NCBI GenBank assembly: GCA_965216755.1
Contig: CBDCGL010000011.1
Location: forward strand, 1,440,001-1,504,000
DNA length: 64,000 nucleotides
DNA from: Alphaproteobacteria bacterium
GTDB taxonomy: Bacteria; Pseudomonadota; Alphaproteobacteria; UBA7887
Direction: 5' to 3'
Below are positions 26,913 through 36,713 of the stretch, piece by piece; positions within the stretch are counted from its first letter, which is position 1; the number at the start of each line of letters is the position of its first letter. The position numbers and the translations under genes are program-made. The notes under the pieces were generated by a model that did not search any database, was not told the origin of the DNA, and saw only the letters and a list, made by a program, of their open reading frames with translations.

Positions 26913-29168
26913 TTAGTGCTGCGCGGAAACTGGCGTCGGCCTGCTCTCTCTCTCTGGCGCTGGATTATTGATCAATCCGACCCCTGTCCGCAGAATTGAC
27001 GGCAGCTCAGCGGCCGGCAGCGGCTTGCTGAAATAATAGCCCTGCGCCATTTCGCACCGATTCTCACGCAGAAATTGTACATGCTCGAGGGTCTCGACGC
27101 CCTCGGCGACCACATTGAGTCTCAGTTTGTGCGCAACGCTGATGATCGCGGCGGCAATGGCCGCGTCGTCGGCACTAGTGGTCACATCGCTGACGAAAGA
27201 TCGATCAATTTTGAGCGTGTCAATCGGCAGCCGCTTCAAATAACTCATGGACGAATATCCCGTTCCAAAATCATCGATCGACACGCGAATCGCCATATCC
27301 CGCATCACACTCAAGATGTCGGCGACCTTATCGGGTTCCCGCATCAGGAGCCCCTCGGTGATCTCCAGTTCCAAATTGCCGGGAGGCATGCCTGTGGCGG
27401 CCAGTGCCCGCGCCACAGCACCGGAAAGCGACCCCCGGGCAAATTGGTACGCCGAGACGTTCACCGCAATTGTGATCGGATCTATGCCCGACTCGAACCA
27501 ATCCTGAGCCGTACGGCAGGCCTCGTGGAGAACCCATTCACCGATAGGTACAATCAGACCGGTTTCCTCAGCGATCGGAATAAATTCGGCCGGCGGGACT
27601 AAGCCGCGCTCTGGATGGGACCAGCGAATTAGCGCTTCAGCACCAACGATCTGGCCATTGCCCAAATCGACCTTGGGTTGGAAGTGCAATGTGAATTCGT
27701 CGTTGTCCAAAGCCGACCGCAATTCCGATTCCACCAATAGCCGCGTTCGAGATCTTTCATTAATCTCAGGCTTGAAATAGGCGGCGACGTTCTTGCCCTG
27801 TTCCTTGGCCGTGTACATTGCGGCGTCGGCGTGCTGGACCAGTTCTCCGCCCAACGTGGCATCATCGGGATACAACGCAACGCCGATGCTGGCCGTAACA
27901 CACACATTTCGATCGCCCAATTTGATCGGCAGTGCGACACTTTCTAAGATCTTGCTCAGCACCAGGTCGGCGTTGACCTCTGATTTGAGACCCGGCAGGA
28001 TAATGGCGAATTCATCACCGCCGAACCGGGCCACGGTGTCGCTACTGCGCGTACACGCAGAGAGTCGTTCCGATATTTCCTTTAGCAGCTCGTCGCCGAC
28101 CGTATGACCCAGTGTATCATTGACATACTTGAAACCGTCCAGATCCAGCAACAGCAGGGCCAGTTTTTTGTCGTCGCGCGCGGCCAGCCCAAGTGAGCGC
28201 TCCAAATACTCGCTGAACAGATGTCGGTTTGGCAGGCCGGTCAACAAATCGTAGCTTGCGCTCTTGTGGGCCCGACGTTCGGCTTCGATTTGTGCCGTAA
28301 TAAGCTGAGCAAAAATTGCAATGCCACCAATGTCGCCTTCCGTCGTCCACCATGGTCTCGCTTGCCATCGAAACCAGTCTTCGCGCCCATCGCGCCAAAC
28401 AATACGATCAGATTCGCGCTGCTCGATGCTGCCAGTCATGCAATGTGCGTGTAGGGTCTCCCATTCCTCGGTGTCAAATTCTAGCAAGTCGTAGAGCCGG
28501 CGATCGGATAGGTTGGCATCATCGAGACGCAGATCGGTAAGCCACCGTTGACTTGCGGCCACATGGCGCATGCCGCGGTCAAACATAGCGATTGCAGCCG
28601 GCGTGTGCTCAATCAATAGGCGCAGTTTTTCTTGTTCATCGCGCAAGGTCGACTGTTGCTGCATCAAACTGGTGATATCGGCAACGGTCATGACGAGACC
28701 GTCATCCGCCACCGGCGCAACCCTCACCTTGGCGACGCCGCTGTCCGATCCATAGTGGATAAATTCGCTGATCTCGCCACTGCAAAGCACCTGGAGCTGT
28801 TCGGCCACGAAAAGATCGACATCCTCGCCGTCCGAAACGGTGTGCGCCGCGGCAGCACCAATGAGCGCCTCGATCGTTGTACCAGGTTCTGTCAAATCAT
28901 CTGGAACTCCATAAATTTCGCCGAAACGGCGATTGCAGATCACTAGCCGCAATTGTGCGTCGAAAATCGCAACCCCGTCGGAGATATTGTTCAAGATGGT
29001 TTCATTGACGATCGCCTGATCCGTCACTGTCGTGTCTGCGGAAATACTTTGGCGGTTGGGGCCGGATCTGCTGGGCGCGGTGCTAACAGCGGTAGACGGC
29101 ATGGCGCCGATGACATTTTGCGGTGGCATGGTCCGGGTACGGGCTGCTTGTGGCTTTGCGTCTTTCAC
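26913..29168 (-). CDS. PAS-PAS-GGDEF-EAL c-di-GMP enzyme
   Basis: Two PAS-like domains; DLLTGLPNR; RFGGDEF; GAEALIRW; DDFGTGYSS; AEGVE; QGY. Confidence 0.93.
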   Translation of the reverse strand: MKDAKPQAARTRTMPPQNVIGAMPSTAVSTAPSRSGPNRQSISADTTVTDQAIVNETILNNISDGVAIFDAQLRLVICNRRFGEIYGVPDDLTEPGTTIEALIGAAAAHTVSDGEDVDLFVAEQLQVLCSGEISEFIHYGSDSGVAKVRVAPVADDGLVMTVADITSLMQQQSTLRDEQEKLRLLIEHTPAAIAMFDRGMRHVAASQRWLTDLRLDDANLSDRRLYDLLEFDTEEWETLHAHCMTGSIEQRESDRIVWRDGREDWFRWQARPWWTTEGDIGGIAIFAQLITAQIEAERRAHKSASYDLLTGLPNRHLFSEYLERSLGLAARDDKKLALLLLDLDGFKYVNDTLGHTVGDELLKEISERLSACTRSSDTVARFGGDEFAIILPGLKSEVNADLVLSKILESVALPIKLGDRNVCVTASIGVALYPDDATLGGELVQHADAAMYTAKEQGKNVAAYFKPEINERSRTRLLVESELRSALDNDEFTLHFQPKVDLGNGQIVGAEALIRWSHPERGLVPPAEFIPIAEETGLIVPIGEWVLHEACRTAQDWFESGIDPITIAVNVSAYQFARGSLSGAVARALAATGMPPGNLELEITEGLLMREPDKVADILSVMRDMAIRVSIDDFGTGYSSMSYLKRLPIDTLKIDRSFVSDVTTSADDAAIAAAIISVAHKLRLNVVAEGVETLEHVQFLRENRCEMAQGYYFSKPLPAAELPSILRTGVGLINNPAPERESRPTPVSAQH

Positions 29169-29567
29169 TCACTGCTCCTGGCCGCAGAAACACGAAACAG
29201 CCCTGGCAACACCATGCGCCGGGCTCGCTCCAGCGCCATGGCACGGGCGCCCGCAATCCATATAGATCGACTTCTTCATGTTTCATTAAGCGCAACGGCG
29301 CGTCCGCGGAGACCCGCTAGAGCCGACGAAATTCCGAGGAAATGAAACCGGAGCGAGTGGGGATTTTGTGATGCCAGTCACAATTGGCAGCAGCGCGAGG
29401 GTTCAACCATTGTCCGGTCGAGCCAAGGCCGAAGCGGTCTGGCAGATATGGACGGGTGGATCGCGCATGCCATAATGGCGCGGTCCCCGTGCCGCGGCGC
29501 CGCCGGCGCCTGTGTCACGGAACCGGCGCAGCTGATCTTTTCGTCGAACAACCCGCGGAGACGCCTG

Positions 29568-30602
29568 ATGATTTTTCGCCAATTGTTTGATTCGACGTCC
29601 AGCACGTACACCTACCTCATGGCCAGCCGTCGCGGCGGCGAGGCCGTCATCATCGATCCCGTACTGGATAAGGTGGATCGGTATTTGCAGTTGCTACAAG
29701 AACTCGGCCTGCGCCTCGTGAAAGCACTCGATACTCATGTCCATGCCGACCATATTACGGGCCTGGGCGCGTTGCGCGACCGCACACGGTGCATCACAGT
29801 CATGGGTGCGGAAAGTGCCGTCGACGTTGTCTCGCTACGCGTCGCCGACGGCGAAACCGTCGACATTGAAGGGATTTCGCTACAAGCCGTCTATACGCCG
29901 GGCCATACCAGCGATTCGTACTGCTTTCTTTGCGAGGACCGGCTGTTCACCGGCGACACTCTGTTGATTCGCGGGACCGGACGCACAGACTTTCAGAATG
30001 GCGACCCGGTTGCGCAATATGATTCGATTTTCAATAAATTGCTGAAACTGCCGGATGACACTCTGGTTTATCCGGCCCATGACTATAAGGGCGAAACAGT
30101 TAGCACCATTGCCGAGGAACGGGCTTTCAACCCGCGCCTCCAAGTCTCGTCGGTCGACGAGTATGTCGACCAGATGAACGCCCTTAAGCTGCCCAATCCC
30201 AAACTGATGGATGTGGCGGTGCCGGCGAATCTACATATCGGGTTGCCGCAAGACGAGGTTGATCGCAAGGGCTGGTCAATGACGGTTGCGGACGCCCGCA
30301 AGTGCTTGGAAAGGCATGACACGGTGTTGGTGGATCTTCGGGACAATGCAGAGCGTGATCGCCACGGCGTTATCCCGGGCTCCGTACACGCGCTCTACAA
30401 AGATCTAGATGAGAATATTCGCCCCGGCGGGATGCTCTATGAGCTCGCGACCGCCACCGGCCGCGCCTTGGTGTTTTATTGTGCGTATGGCGAGCGTTCA
30501 GCCATGGCTGTGCAAGCCGCGCGCGAATGCGGTTTGGACAACTCAAAACATTTGAAGGGCGGAATTGACGCCTGGAAAAAGGACAACGCGCCCATCGCGT
30601 AG
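29568..30602 (+). CDS. Persulfide dioxygenase (ETHE1-like MBL fold) fused to rhodanese
   Basis: MIFRQLFD...TYTY; THVHADH; TPGHT; GRTDFQ; YPAHDY; NPRL; C-terminal rhodanese with CAYGERS. Confidence 0.92.
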   Translation: MIFRQLFDSTSSTYTYLMASRRGGEAVIIDPVLDKVDRYLQLLQELGLRLVKALDTHVHADHITGLGALRDRTRCITVMGAESAVDVVSLRVADGETVDIEGISLQAVYTPGHTSDSYCFLCEDRLFTGDTLLIRGTGRTDFQNGDPVAQYDSIFNKLLKLPDDTLVYPAHDYKGETVSTIAEERAFNPRLQVSSVDEYVDQMNALKLPNPKLMDVAVPANLHIGLPQDEVDRKGWSMTVADARKCLERHDTVLVDLRDNAERDRHGVIPGSVHALYKDLDENIRPGGMLYELATATGRALVFYCAYGERSAMAVQAARECGLDNSKHLKGGIDAWKKDNAPIA

Positions 30603-30630
30603 CGACGGCGGCTGGCCGGGCTGCATGTCG

Positions 30631-31194
30631 CTACTGCGTCAAGGCCGCAAAGGCCGGAACGCGCCAATCTCCGAACCATTTGGCAAAGCCCGGGCCGTCG
30701 CCTGGCAGGAACAGGTCGCTGTGGAACCGGGCGCCGCCGGTGATCCCCGCGTACCGGCCGGTTCCATCTATCCACTCGACCTTGCCTTCGCAGCGCGCAT
30801 CTGAGGTCATCATGGCGCCGGTCCGGCATTGCCACTCGGCAATCGCGCTGTCGCCGTCAGCCGCCGTGAACAGACATCGCCCGCTGACCTGCTCCACATT
30901 CGTAAATCCACAAGAGAATGCGCGGCCGGGCGCGGCATAGCCCTCAAATTCACAGGCGACTTCGGCATCGGCAAAAATTCCCGCGTCATCGCCCGTCACA
31001 ACGCCCAAATAGCGGCCCGAAAAGGTCTCCTCCTCGCTCAATTCATCGCCGAAGACTTCAACCTCCGGGGCTGCCGTAAACTCGACCACGAACTCCTGCT
31101 TCTTGGCACCAGCGTCGCCCGCTAGCCCGTCGCCAGGCATCAGAATAAGGCCCATCACGCTTACGGCCAGAAGCTGAACACCAATAGGGGCCAT
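30631..31194 (-). CDS. Hypothetical secreted Cys-containing beta-barrel protein
   Basis: Signal peptide; GTGRYAGITG motif recalling allene-oxide-cyclase/dirigent-like barrels; five Cys. Confidence 0.65.
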   Translation of the reverse strand: MAPIGVQLLAVSVMGLILMPGDGLAGDAGAKKQEFVVEFTAAPEVEVFGDELSEEETFSGRYLGVVTGDDAGIFADAEVACEFEGYAAPGRAFSCGFTNVEQVSGRCLFTAADGDSAIAEWQCRTGAMMTSDARCEGKVEWIDGTGRYAGITGGARFHSDLFLPGDGPGFAKWFGDWRVPAFAALTQ

Positions 31195-31276
31195 GACTTG
31201 CCTTCTCTCGCGCGCCGAAAGCGCTATCGCACGTTCAACACGGTATGGGACTTAATGATCAACAACATATCACAAT

Positions 31277-32944
31277 TCATTGTGGCCGCGTCACGGGTTG
31301 CCCCATCTTGCTACTCGGTAGCTGATCCGACGGCCGGCCAAATAGATAACCTTGGCCATAGCGCACGCCACTATCCATCAAGAACGCTGCAGTCGCCTCG
31401 TCTTCGACCATCTCCGCAACAGTCTCAATTTCCAAATCACCGCACAACGCCGTCATGGCCTTTAGAAAGGCGCGCGCTTGCCGATCTTCAAGCGCATTTC
31501 GAACGTAGGCCCCGTCTATCTTCACCAAATCGACCTGCAAGGCGCGCAGGTACTGGAACGCGGCCGCGCCGGCGCCGAAATCGTCCAAACAGACCGGATT
31601 GCCGCCAGCGCGCAGCTCCTGCAGCACTTCGTTGGCAGCTTGCAAGTCTGTAATCTCTGATGTTTCAGTGATTTCGAACATCAAAAATCGCCTTTCGGCC
31701 GGATGCCGCTTCAGCACAGTGCGAAGCGTATCGACGAAGAGGGGGTTGCCGAGCGAGCGACCGGAAATGTTCACCGCGACCGACGGTGCGCGGTCATCAC
31801 GTAGACCCTGAGAAACGGCCTCAATCACACGCTCGCATATGGCTAGATCGAGCTCGCTGATTACGCCCACATCTTCGGCCAAGATGATCGTTTCCATCGG
31901 CGAAAGCTGTTGTTCGGGGTGATCGAACCGCGCCAATGCTTCAAAATGGTGGATGGCGCGGGTCTCTAAGTCGATGATCGGTTGGAACGCGATTGTAAAC
32001 GACTTTTCGCTGACAATTTGACGCAGGCCGGCACTCTGGTCGACAAAGCCGGTACCGAGCCACGCGCCGCTTTCAGCCAAGCTGCTCTTTTCAAACCCAA
32101 CGCTCCCGATTTCCACGAATTTGGCGACAATTTGCTCGATTGCCGGCGCCGCAGCCCGGCCATTGAGCTCGTTAACATCGAGCGGAATCGACGTTGTCGC
32201 GATCTCAACCGTCGCGGCCAATTCCGTCTCAGCGACCAGTAAGGCCAGAACATCCCGGCGCGCCGCCGCCAGGTCGCCCGACGTGCCGTGGATGAAGCAG
32301 AATTTCTCACTCGCGACCTGTGCAGCCGCAAGGCCGTCAATAGATCCCACGCGCAAGGCGAAACCCAAATGGCGCAGGATATTTTGCTTTTCCGCGTCAG
32401 CGACGGTCGACAACAGGTCAGCAAATCCATCGATTTGGACAAGCGTCAAAATGGGAACTTGGCCGATTTCGGTACCGCGGTGCAAACAGCGCGCGGCCAG
32501 CCGGCATATGCCGGGTCGATCGATCAATTGGCTATCACTGTTTTGGCGCGCTTCAGCGCCTCCAGGCCACCAAAGGCTCGGACTGCCGAACATCAATGAC
32601 AAGAGCGCGTGACCGGGCATACGCGAATTCGGCCGGATAACGGCAATCACCCGAATTTGTCGCTGATTTGGTCCGGGAATGCGAAGAAAGACTGGCTGCC
32701 GCAGCCTTTCCGCTCGGACTCTGTGCAGCAAATGCCTGAGATATCCCGCATCTTCCGGCGCAACCAGGTCCTCCAACCTCAGTTTCGAAACCTCTTTCGG
32801 CGATTTTCCATAGAAACCCGATGTATCGCCGACCGCATCCGTGACGCGGTGCTCAGAATCCAGGGCTATCAAAACATCGGCCGCTGAATCGGAAAGATCT
32901 ATCAAATTACCGCGTTCCAATTGAATACGCCGCCAGCGGCGCAA
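31277..32944 (-). CDS. EAL phosphodiesterase with N-terminal PAS-like and degenerate GGDEF-like regions
   Basis: FQPI; FEALARF; VNISG; FEITE; DDFGAG; VKIDG; AEMVE; QGYLF. Start approximate. Confidence 0.88.
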   Translation of the reverse strand: MRRWRRIQLERGNLIDLSDSAADVLIALDSEHRVTDAVGDTSGFYGKSPKEVSKLRLEDLVAPEDAGYLRHLLHRVRAERLRQPVFLRIPGPNQRQIRVIAVIRPNSRMPGHALLSLMFGSPSLWWPGGAEARQNSDSQLIDRPGICRLAARCLHRGTEIGQVPILTLVQIDGFADLLSTVADAEKQNILRHLGFALRVGSIDGLAAAQVASEKFCFIHGTSGDLAAARRDVLALLVAETELAATVEIATTSIPLDVNELNGRAAAPAIEQIVAKFVEIGSVGFEKSSLAESGAWLGTGFVDQSAGLRQIVSEKSFTIAFQPIIDLETRAIHHFEALARFDHPEQQLSPMETIILAEDVGVISELDLAICERVIEAVSQGLRDDRAPSVAVNISGRSLGNPLFVDTLRTVLKRHPAERRFLMFEITETSEITDLQAANEVLQELRAGGNPVCLDDFGAGAAAFQYLRALQVDLVKIDGAYVRNALEDRQARAFLKAMTALCGDLEIETVAEMVEDEATAAFLMDSGVRYGQGYLFGRPSDQLPSSKMGQPVTRPQ

Positions 32945-33117
32945 TACTGAATGTTCGGCGCCACGCCAGCTTAGTTGTAAACGGTTCTGTGGACACGTCC
33001 AGCCGTGTGACAGGTCAGGGTCGCGACGACGCCGAATTGCCCCAGACGACGAACAATTCTCCGGATGCGCGCGCTATTTCGGCCGCCGCTGAGCGCCAAC
33101 CAAAAAATCAGCTAATG

Positions 33118-34419
33118 TCAGCCGGACGAGGCTTCTTTGCGACGCGCCGCGACCATCAGGTCCGGTGGGCTCAGATCGTCCGCATTCAACGCGACAGTAT
33201 CCAGCCGATCAGCCTGCAGATCGGCCGGGCCGCCAAGGTCATCCGCCCCCTCGCTCGAATCATCTCCGATCGGGCCCCCAAGGTTCGGGATCGGCTCGGC
33301 CAACTCAACCCTGTTTCTGCCAGCCCGTTTGGCCGTATACAGCACCTTATCCGCAGCCGTTAGCAGCTCGGAAGCAACAAAACTACGCCCTGGCACACAG
33401 CTGGCGACCCCAAGGCTTATCGTCACGTAGGACCCAACCTGTGAATCGGGATGCGGGATTTTCTGTTTGGCGACGTTTTCGCGCATCAATTCGGCAACCT
33501 TCGCCGCGCCGTCTATAGGCGTATCGGGCAATACGGTGACAAACTCTTCGCCGCCATACCGGGCGACCATGTCCGCCGGCCGATGCAAGCTGCGGCGTAA
33601 GCAGTTGGCAACCATCCAAAGGCAGTCGTCACCTGCCTGGTGGCCAGCATTGTCGTTGTAATTCTTGAAATAATCGACGTCGATCATGACGACGGAAAGC
33701 CAACTCCGGTCGCGGGCGCTGCGACGCCACTCCTGTTCGAGAAAATCCATCAACCAACGACGATTGGGGATGCCAGTAAGACCATCCAAGGTCGATAGAC
33801 GGCGTAGTCGCTCGTTGGTTTCTTCCAAGAGCCGCGTCACTTCGAGCAACTCTTTTTCACGCCGTTCCAATTCGCGCTCGCGTACACGTCGCTCGTCCAT
33901 TGCAAACTTCAGCGTCAATGCCGAAGTTACGCGCGCCTGCAACTCAACCTGATTGATCGGTTTCGTCAGGTAGTCGACAGCACCCGCCCGAAACGCATCT
34001 TCGAGTGTCTCACCTTCATTCAGTGCGGTCACGATGATGACCGGGGTATCCGCGTGGCACCTTGATTGGCGGATGCGACGACACGCTTCAATGCCATCGA
34101 TACCGGGCATCATCACATCCATCAAGACCAAATCTACCGTGTTTTCGGAACCAACAGCTTGCTCCGGATGTGGCGCGATCGGATCGCGCTCAGACGGCAA
34201 AGTATCTGTTTCCTGGGATGTGGTGCGGCTGGCGCCGTCGTCGTCATCGGCGATACCCATAATATCGTAGGCGTTTTGGGCCGACTCAGCCAAAACAACG
34301 TTACGGAAGCCCGACGCTTCAAGAATATGTTTCAACAAGACCCTATTGCCTGGTAGATCGTCCACTACCAGGATGGTCATGTTCGAAATTTGTTCTTGAT
34401 CGCTAAATTGTTCCGTCAC
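33118..34419 (-). CDS. Receiver-GGDEF diguanylate cyclase (WspR/PleD-like)
   Basis: VVDD, MDVMMP and KP receiver motifs; coiled coil; DGLTGIPNRR; I-site RPAD; RYGGEEF. Confidence 0.92.
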   Translation of the reverse strand: MTEQFSDQEQISNMTILVVDDLPGNRVLLKHILEASGFRNVVLAESAQNAYDIMGIADDDDGASRTTSQETDTLPSERDPIAPHPEQAVGSENTVDLVLMDVMMPGIDGIEACRRIRQSRCHADTPVIIVTALNEGETLEDAFRAGAVDYLTKPINQVELQARVTSALTLKFAMDERRVRERELERREKELLEVTRLLEETNERLRRLSTLDGLTGIPNRRWLMDFLEQEWRRSARDRSWLSVVMIDVDYFKNYNDNAGHQAGDDCLWMVANCLRRSLHRPADMVARYGGEEFVTVLPDTPIDGAAKVAELMRENVAKQKIPHPDSQVGSYVTISLGVASCVPGRSFVASELLTAADKVLYTAKRAGRNRVELAEPIPNLGGPIGDDSSEGADDLGGPADLQADRLDTVALNADDLSPPDLMVAARRKEASSG

Positions 34420-34685
34420 GGTGCCTTCCCTGAGGCCAATTCAGTCGCCGAGCGTCGATCGCCGGATAATATGTGCAGATGCCCTGTAAACTTGCCGATG
34501 CATCCGCATTAATCCCTAAATCAAAATAGTGTCTCGATCGTAAATTGCCGAATTTTGGGCAGCGATTTCGACGCCGAGGCAGCATTCGGCGGGTGGCGAC
34601 CGCAGTGACTGAGACAAGCCAGCCATGATAACGTTGTTATCTGGTGATCTTCTGAACTCGTCTTCAAGTATTTCGGTACACAAAC

Positions 34686-35852
34686 ATGCCCATCGTAAAC
34701 CGCATCGGCGCATTTCAGGGTGATATGCGCACCTGGCGACAAGACATACATCGTCACCCCGAGCTGGCCTACCAAGAACACCGTACGGCAACCAAAGTGG
34801 CCGAGCTTCTGCGCGCCTTTGGAGTGGATGAAGTCACTGAAGGGATTGGAAAAACCGGCGTCGTTGGGATCATTCGCAATGGCTCGGGTGGACGTATCGG
34901 CCTGCGCGCTGATATGGACGCCCTGCCCATCGTCGAAGAGACCGGATTGCCTTATGCGTCGGAACACGATGGCGTCATGCACGCGTGCGGTCACGACGGC
35001 CATACGGCGATGTTACTGGGAACCGCAAAGTACCTCGCGGAAACGCGAAATTTCAGCGGCACAGTTGTCTTGGTTTTCCAACCTGCCGAAGAGGGCGCGG
35101 CGGGCGCCAAAGCGATGCTTGAAGATGGCTTGTTTGAGCGCTTCCCCGTCGACGCTATCTACGGTGTTCACAACATGCCTGGAATACCAGCGGGCGTTAT
35201 TGCGGTTTCCCCGGGTGCGGTCATGGCGGCAGCCGACGCATTTTCTGTCACCGTGCAGGGCAGCGGCGGCCACGGCGCCATGCCACACTTATCTCGCGAT
35301 CCGGTGACCGCAGCAGCCACGATGGTTTCGGCGCTTCAATCCTTGGTTTCGCGTGAAATTGACCCCCATGCCACCCTCGTGATTTCGGTAACACAAATCC
35401 ACGGCGGCCATGCCTTCAATGTCATACCGGACACGGTGACGCTGGGCGGCACTGTTCGGTATTTCGACACAGAGGTGGGCGCCAACGCCCGCGCACGCAT
35501 GGCGCAGATGCTGGACGGTATCGCCGCCGCCCACGGGGTGGCAGTGGGTTTTGACTACCAAGCCGGTTACCCGCCAACCGTCAATCATGAGAACGAGGCC
35601 GCGTTTGCGCGCAGCGTCGCCGAAAAAGTCAGCGGCGGCAATGGAATCGAGCAACCCAAAGTCATGGGATCCGAAGATTTCTCTTTCTTTCTACAAGAGA
35701 AACCAGGGGCTTACGCATGGGTCGGCAACGGAAACGAACCGAATCGCGCCGCCATTCACAACCCGCACTATGATTTCAACGATGAGATCCTGCCGGTCGG
35801 CGCCAGCTATTTCGCGCGCTTGATCGAAACCGCTTTGCCGCGCCCCGGTTGA
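34686..35852 (+). CDS. M20 amidohydrolase (hippurate hydrolase-like)
   Basis: HRHPEL; LRADMDALP; HACGHDGH; QPAEEG; SEDFS; HNPHYDFND. Confidence 0.93.
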   Translation: MPIVNRIGAFQGDMRTWRQDIHRHPELAYQEHRTATKVAELLRAFGVDEVTEGIGKTGVVGIIRNGSGGRIGLRADMDALPIVEETGLPYASEHDGVMHACGHDGHTAMLLGTAKYLAETRNFSGTVVLVFQPAEEGAAGAKAMLEDGLFERFPVDAIYGVHNMPGIPAGVIAVSPGAVMAAADAFSVTVQGSGGHGAMPHLSRDPVTAAATMVSALQSLVSREIDPHATLVISVTQIHGGHAFNVIPDTVTLGGTVRYFDTEVGANARARMAQMLDGIAAAHGVAVGFDYQAGYPPTVNHENEAAFARSVAEKVSGGNGIEQPKVMGSEDFSFFLQEKPGAYAWVGNGNEPNRAAIHNPHYDFNDEILPVGASYFARLIETALPRPG

Positions 35853-35888
35853 GCCCCGTTTTATCGCCACGTCAGAAAGTCACAGACC

Positions 35889-36689
35889 ATGCCGCGCCTA
35901 GCCGCCAACCTGTCCTTCATGTTCACCGAGTTAGATTTTTTGGACAGATTCAGGGCCGCCGCCAATGCCGGATTTCGGGGTGTCGAATTCCTGTTTCCGT
36001 ATAATTGGCCGGCGGGTCAAATAGCGGAACAACTGCGCGTAAGTGGCCTGAAACAAGTTCTATTCAACGTGCCGCCCGGCGATTGGCAATCCGGTGACCG
36101 AGGTTTGGCCGCGATACCTGGGCGCGAAAGGGAGTTTCGTGAAGGGATAGAACGCGCCTTGGACTATGCGGAAGCTCTCGATTGCCCGCAAATTCACGTT
36201 ATGGCCGGGGTACTCCCCAACACGCTCGTTCCGGCGACCGTCGAGCCCGTTTATGTCGAGAATCTCCAATACGCCGCCGAACAGGCCGCACGCCGGGGAG
36301 TGCGGGCACTGATCGAACCCCTGAACACCAAATATGATGCCCCAGGCTACGTCTTGAGCGGCACCGCACAAGCCCGCCGGATCATCGAACAGGTGGGGCG
36401 TAACAACCTGTTTTTGCAGTGCGATCTATATCATGTGCAGATCATGCAAGGCGACCTGGCGCAGACTATTCGCGACAACATTGACATCATACGCCATTTC
36501 CAGATTGCCGGCGTGCCCGGACGCCATGAACCCGACAGCGGCGAAATAAACTATCCCTTCTTGTTCAACATTATCGATACGCTCGGATATGAGGGCTGGA
36601 TCGGTTGTGAGTACCGTCCGGCTGGTCCGACCCTTGACGGCCTGACTTGGGCCTTCGACTACGACATCAGCGGTCACGGCGGCGGTTAA
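35889..36689 (+). CDS. hyi: Hydroxypyruvate isomerase family protein
   Basis: AANLSFMF.E; VEFLFPY; IEPLN; DLYH.Q; H.QIAGVPGRHEP; GWIGCEY.P. Confidence 0.88.
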   Translation: MPRLAANLSFMFTELDFLDRFRAAANAGFRGVEFLFPYNWPAGQIAEQLRVSGLKQVLFNVPPGDWQSGDRGLAAIPGREREFREGIERALDYAEALDCPQIHVMAGVLPNTLVPATVEPVYVENLQYAAEQAARRGVRALIEPLNTKYDAPGYVLSGTAQARRIIEQVGRNNLFLQCDLYHVQIMQGDLAQTIRDNIDIIRHFQIAGVPGRHEPDSGEINYPFLFNIIDTLGYEGWIGCEYRPAGPTLDGLTWAFDYDISGHGGG

Positions 36690-36713
36690 GCGGAACAGGC
36701 GCAGGCCGCGCGA

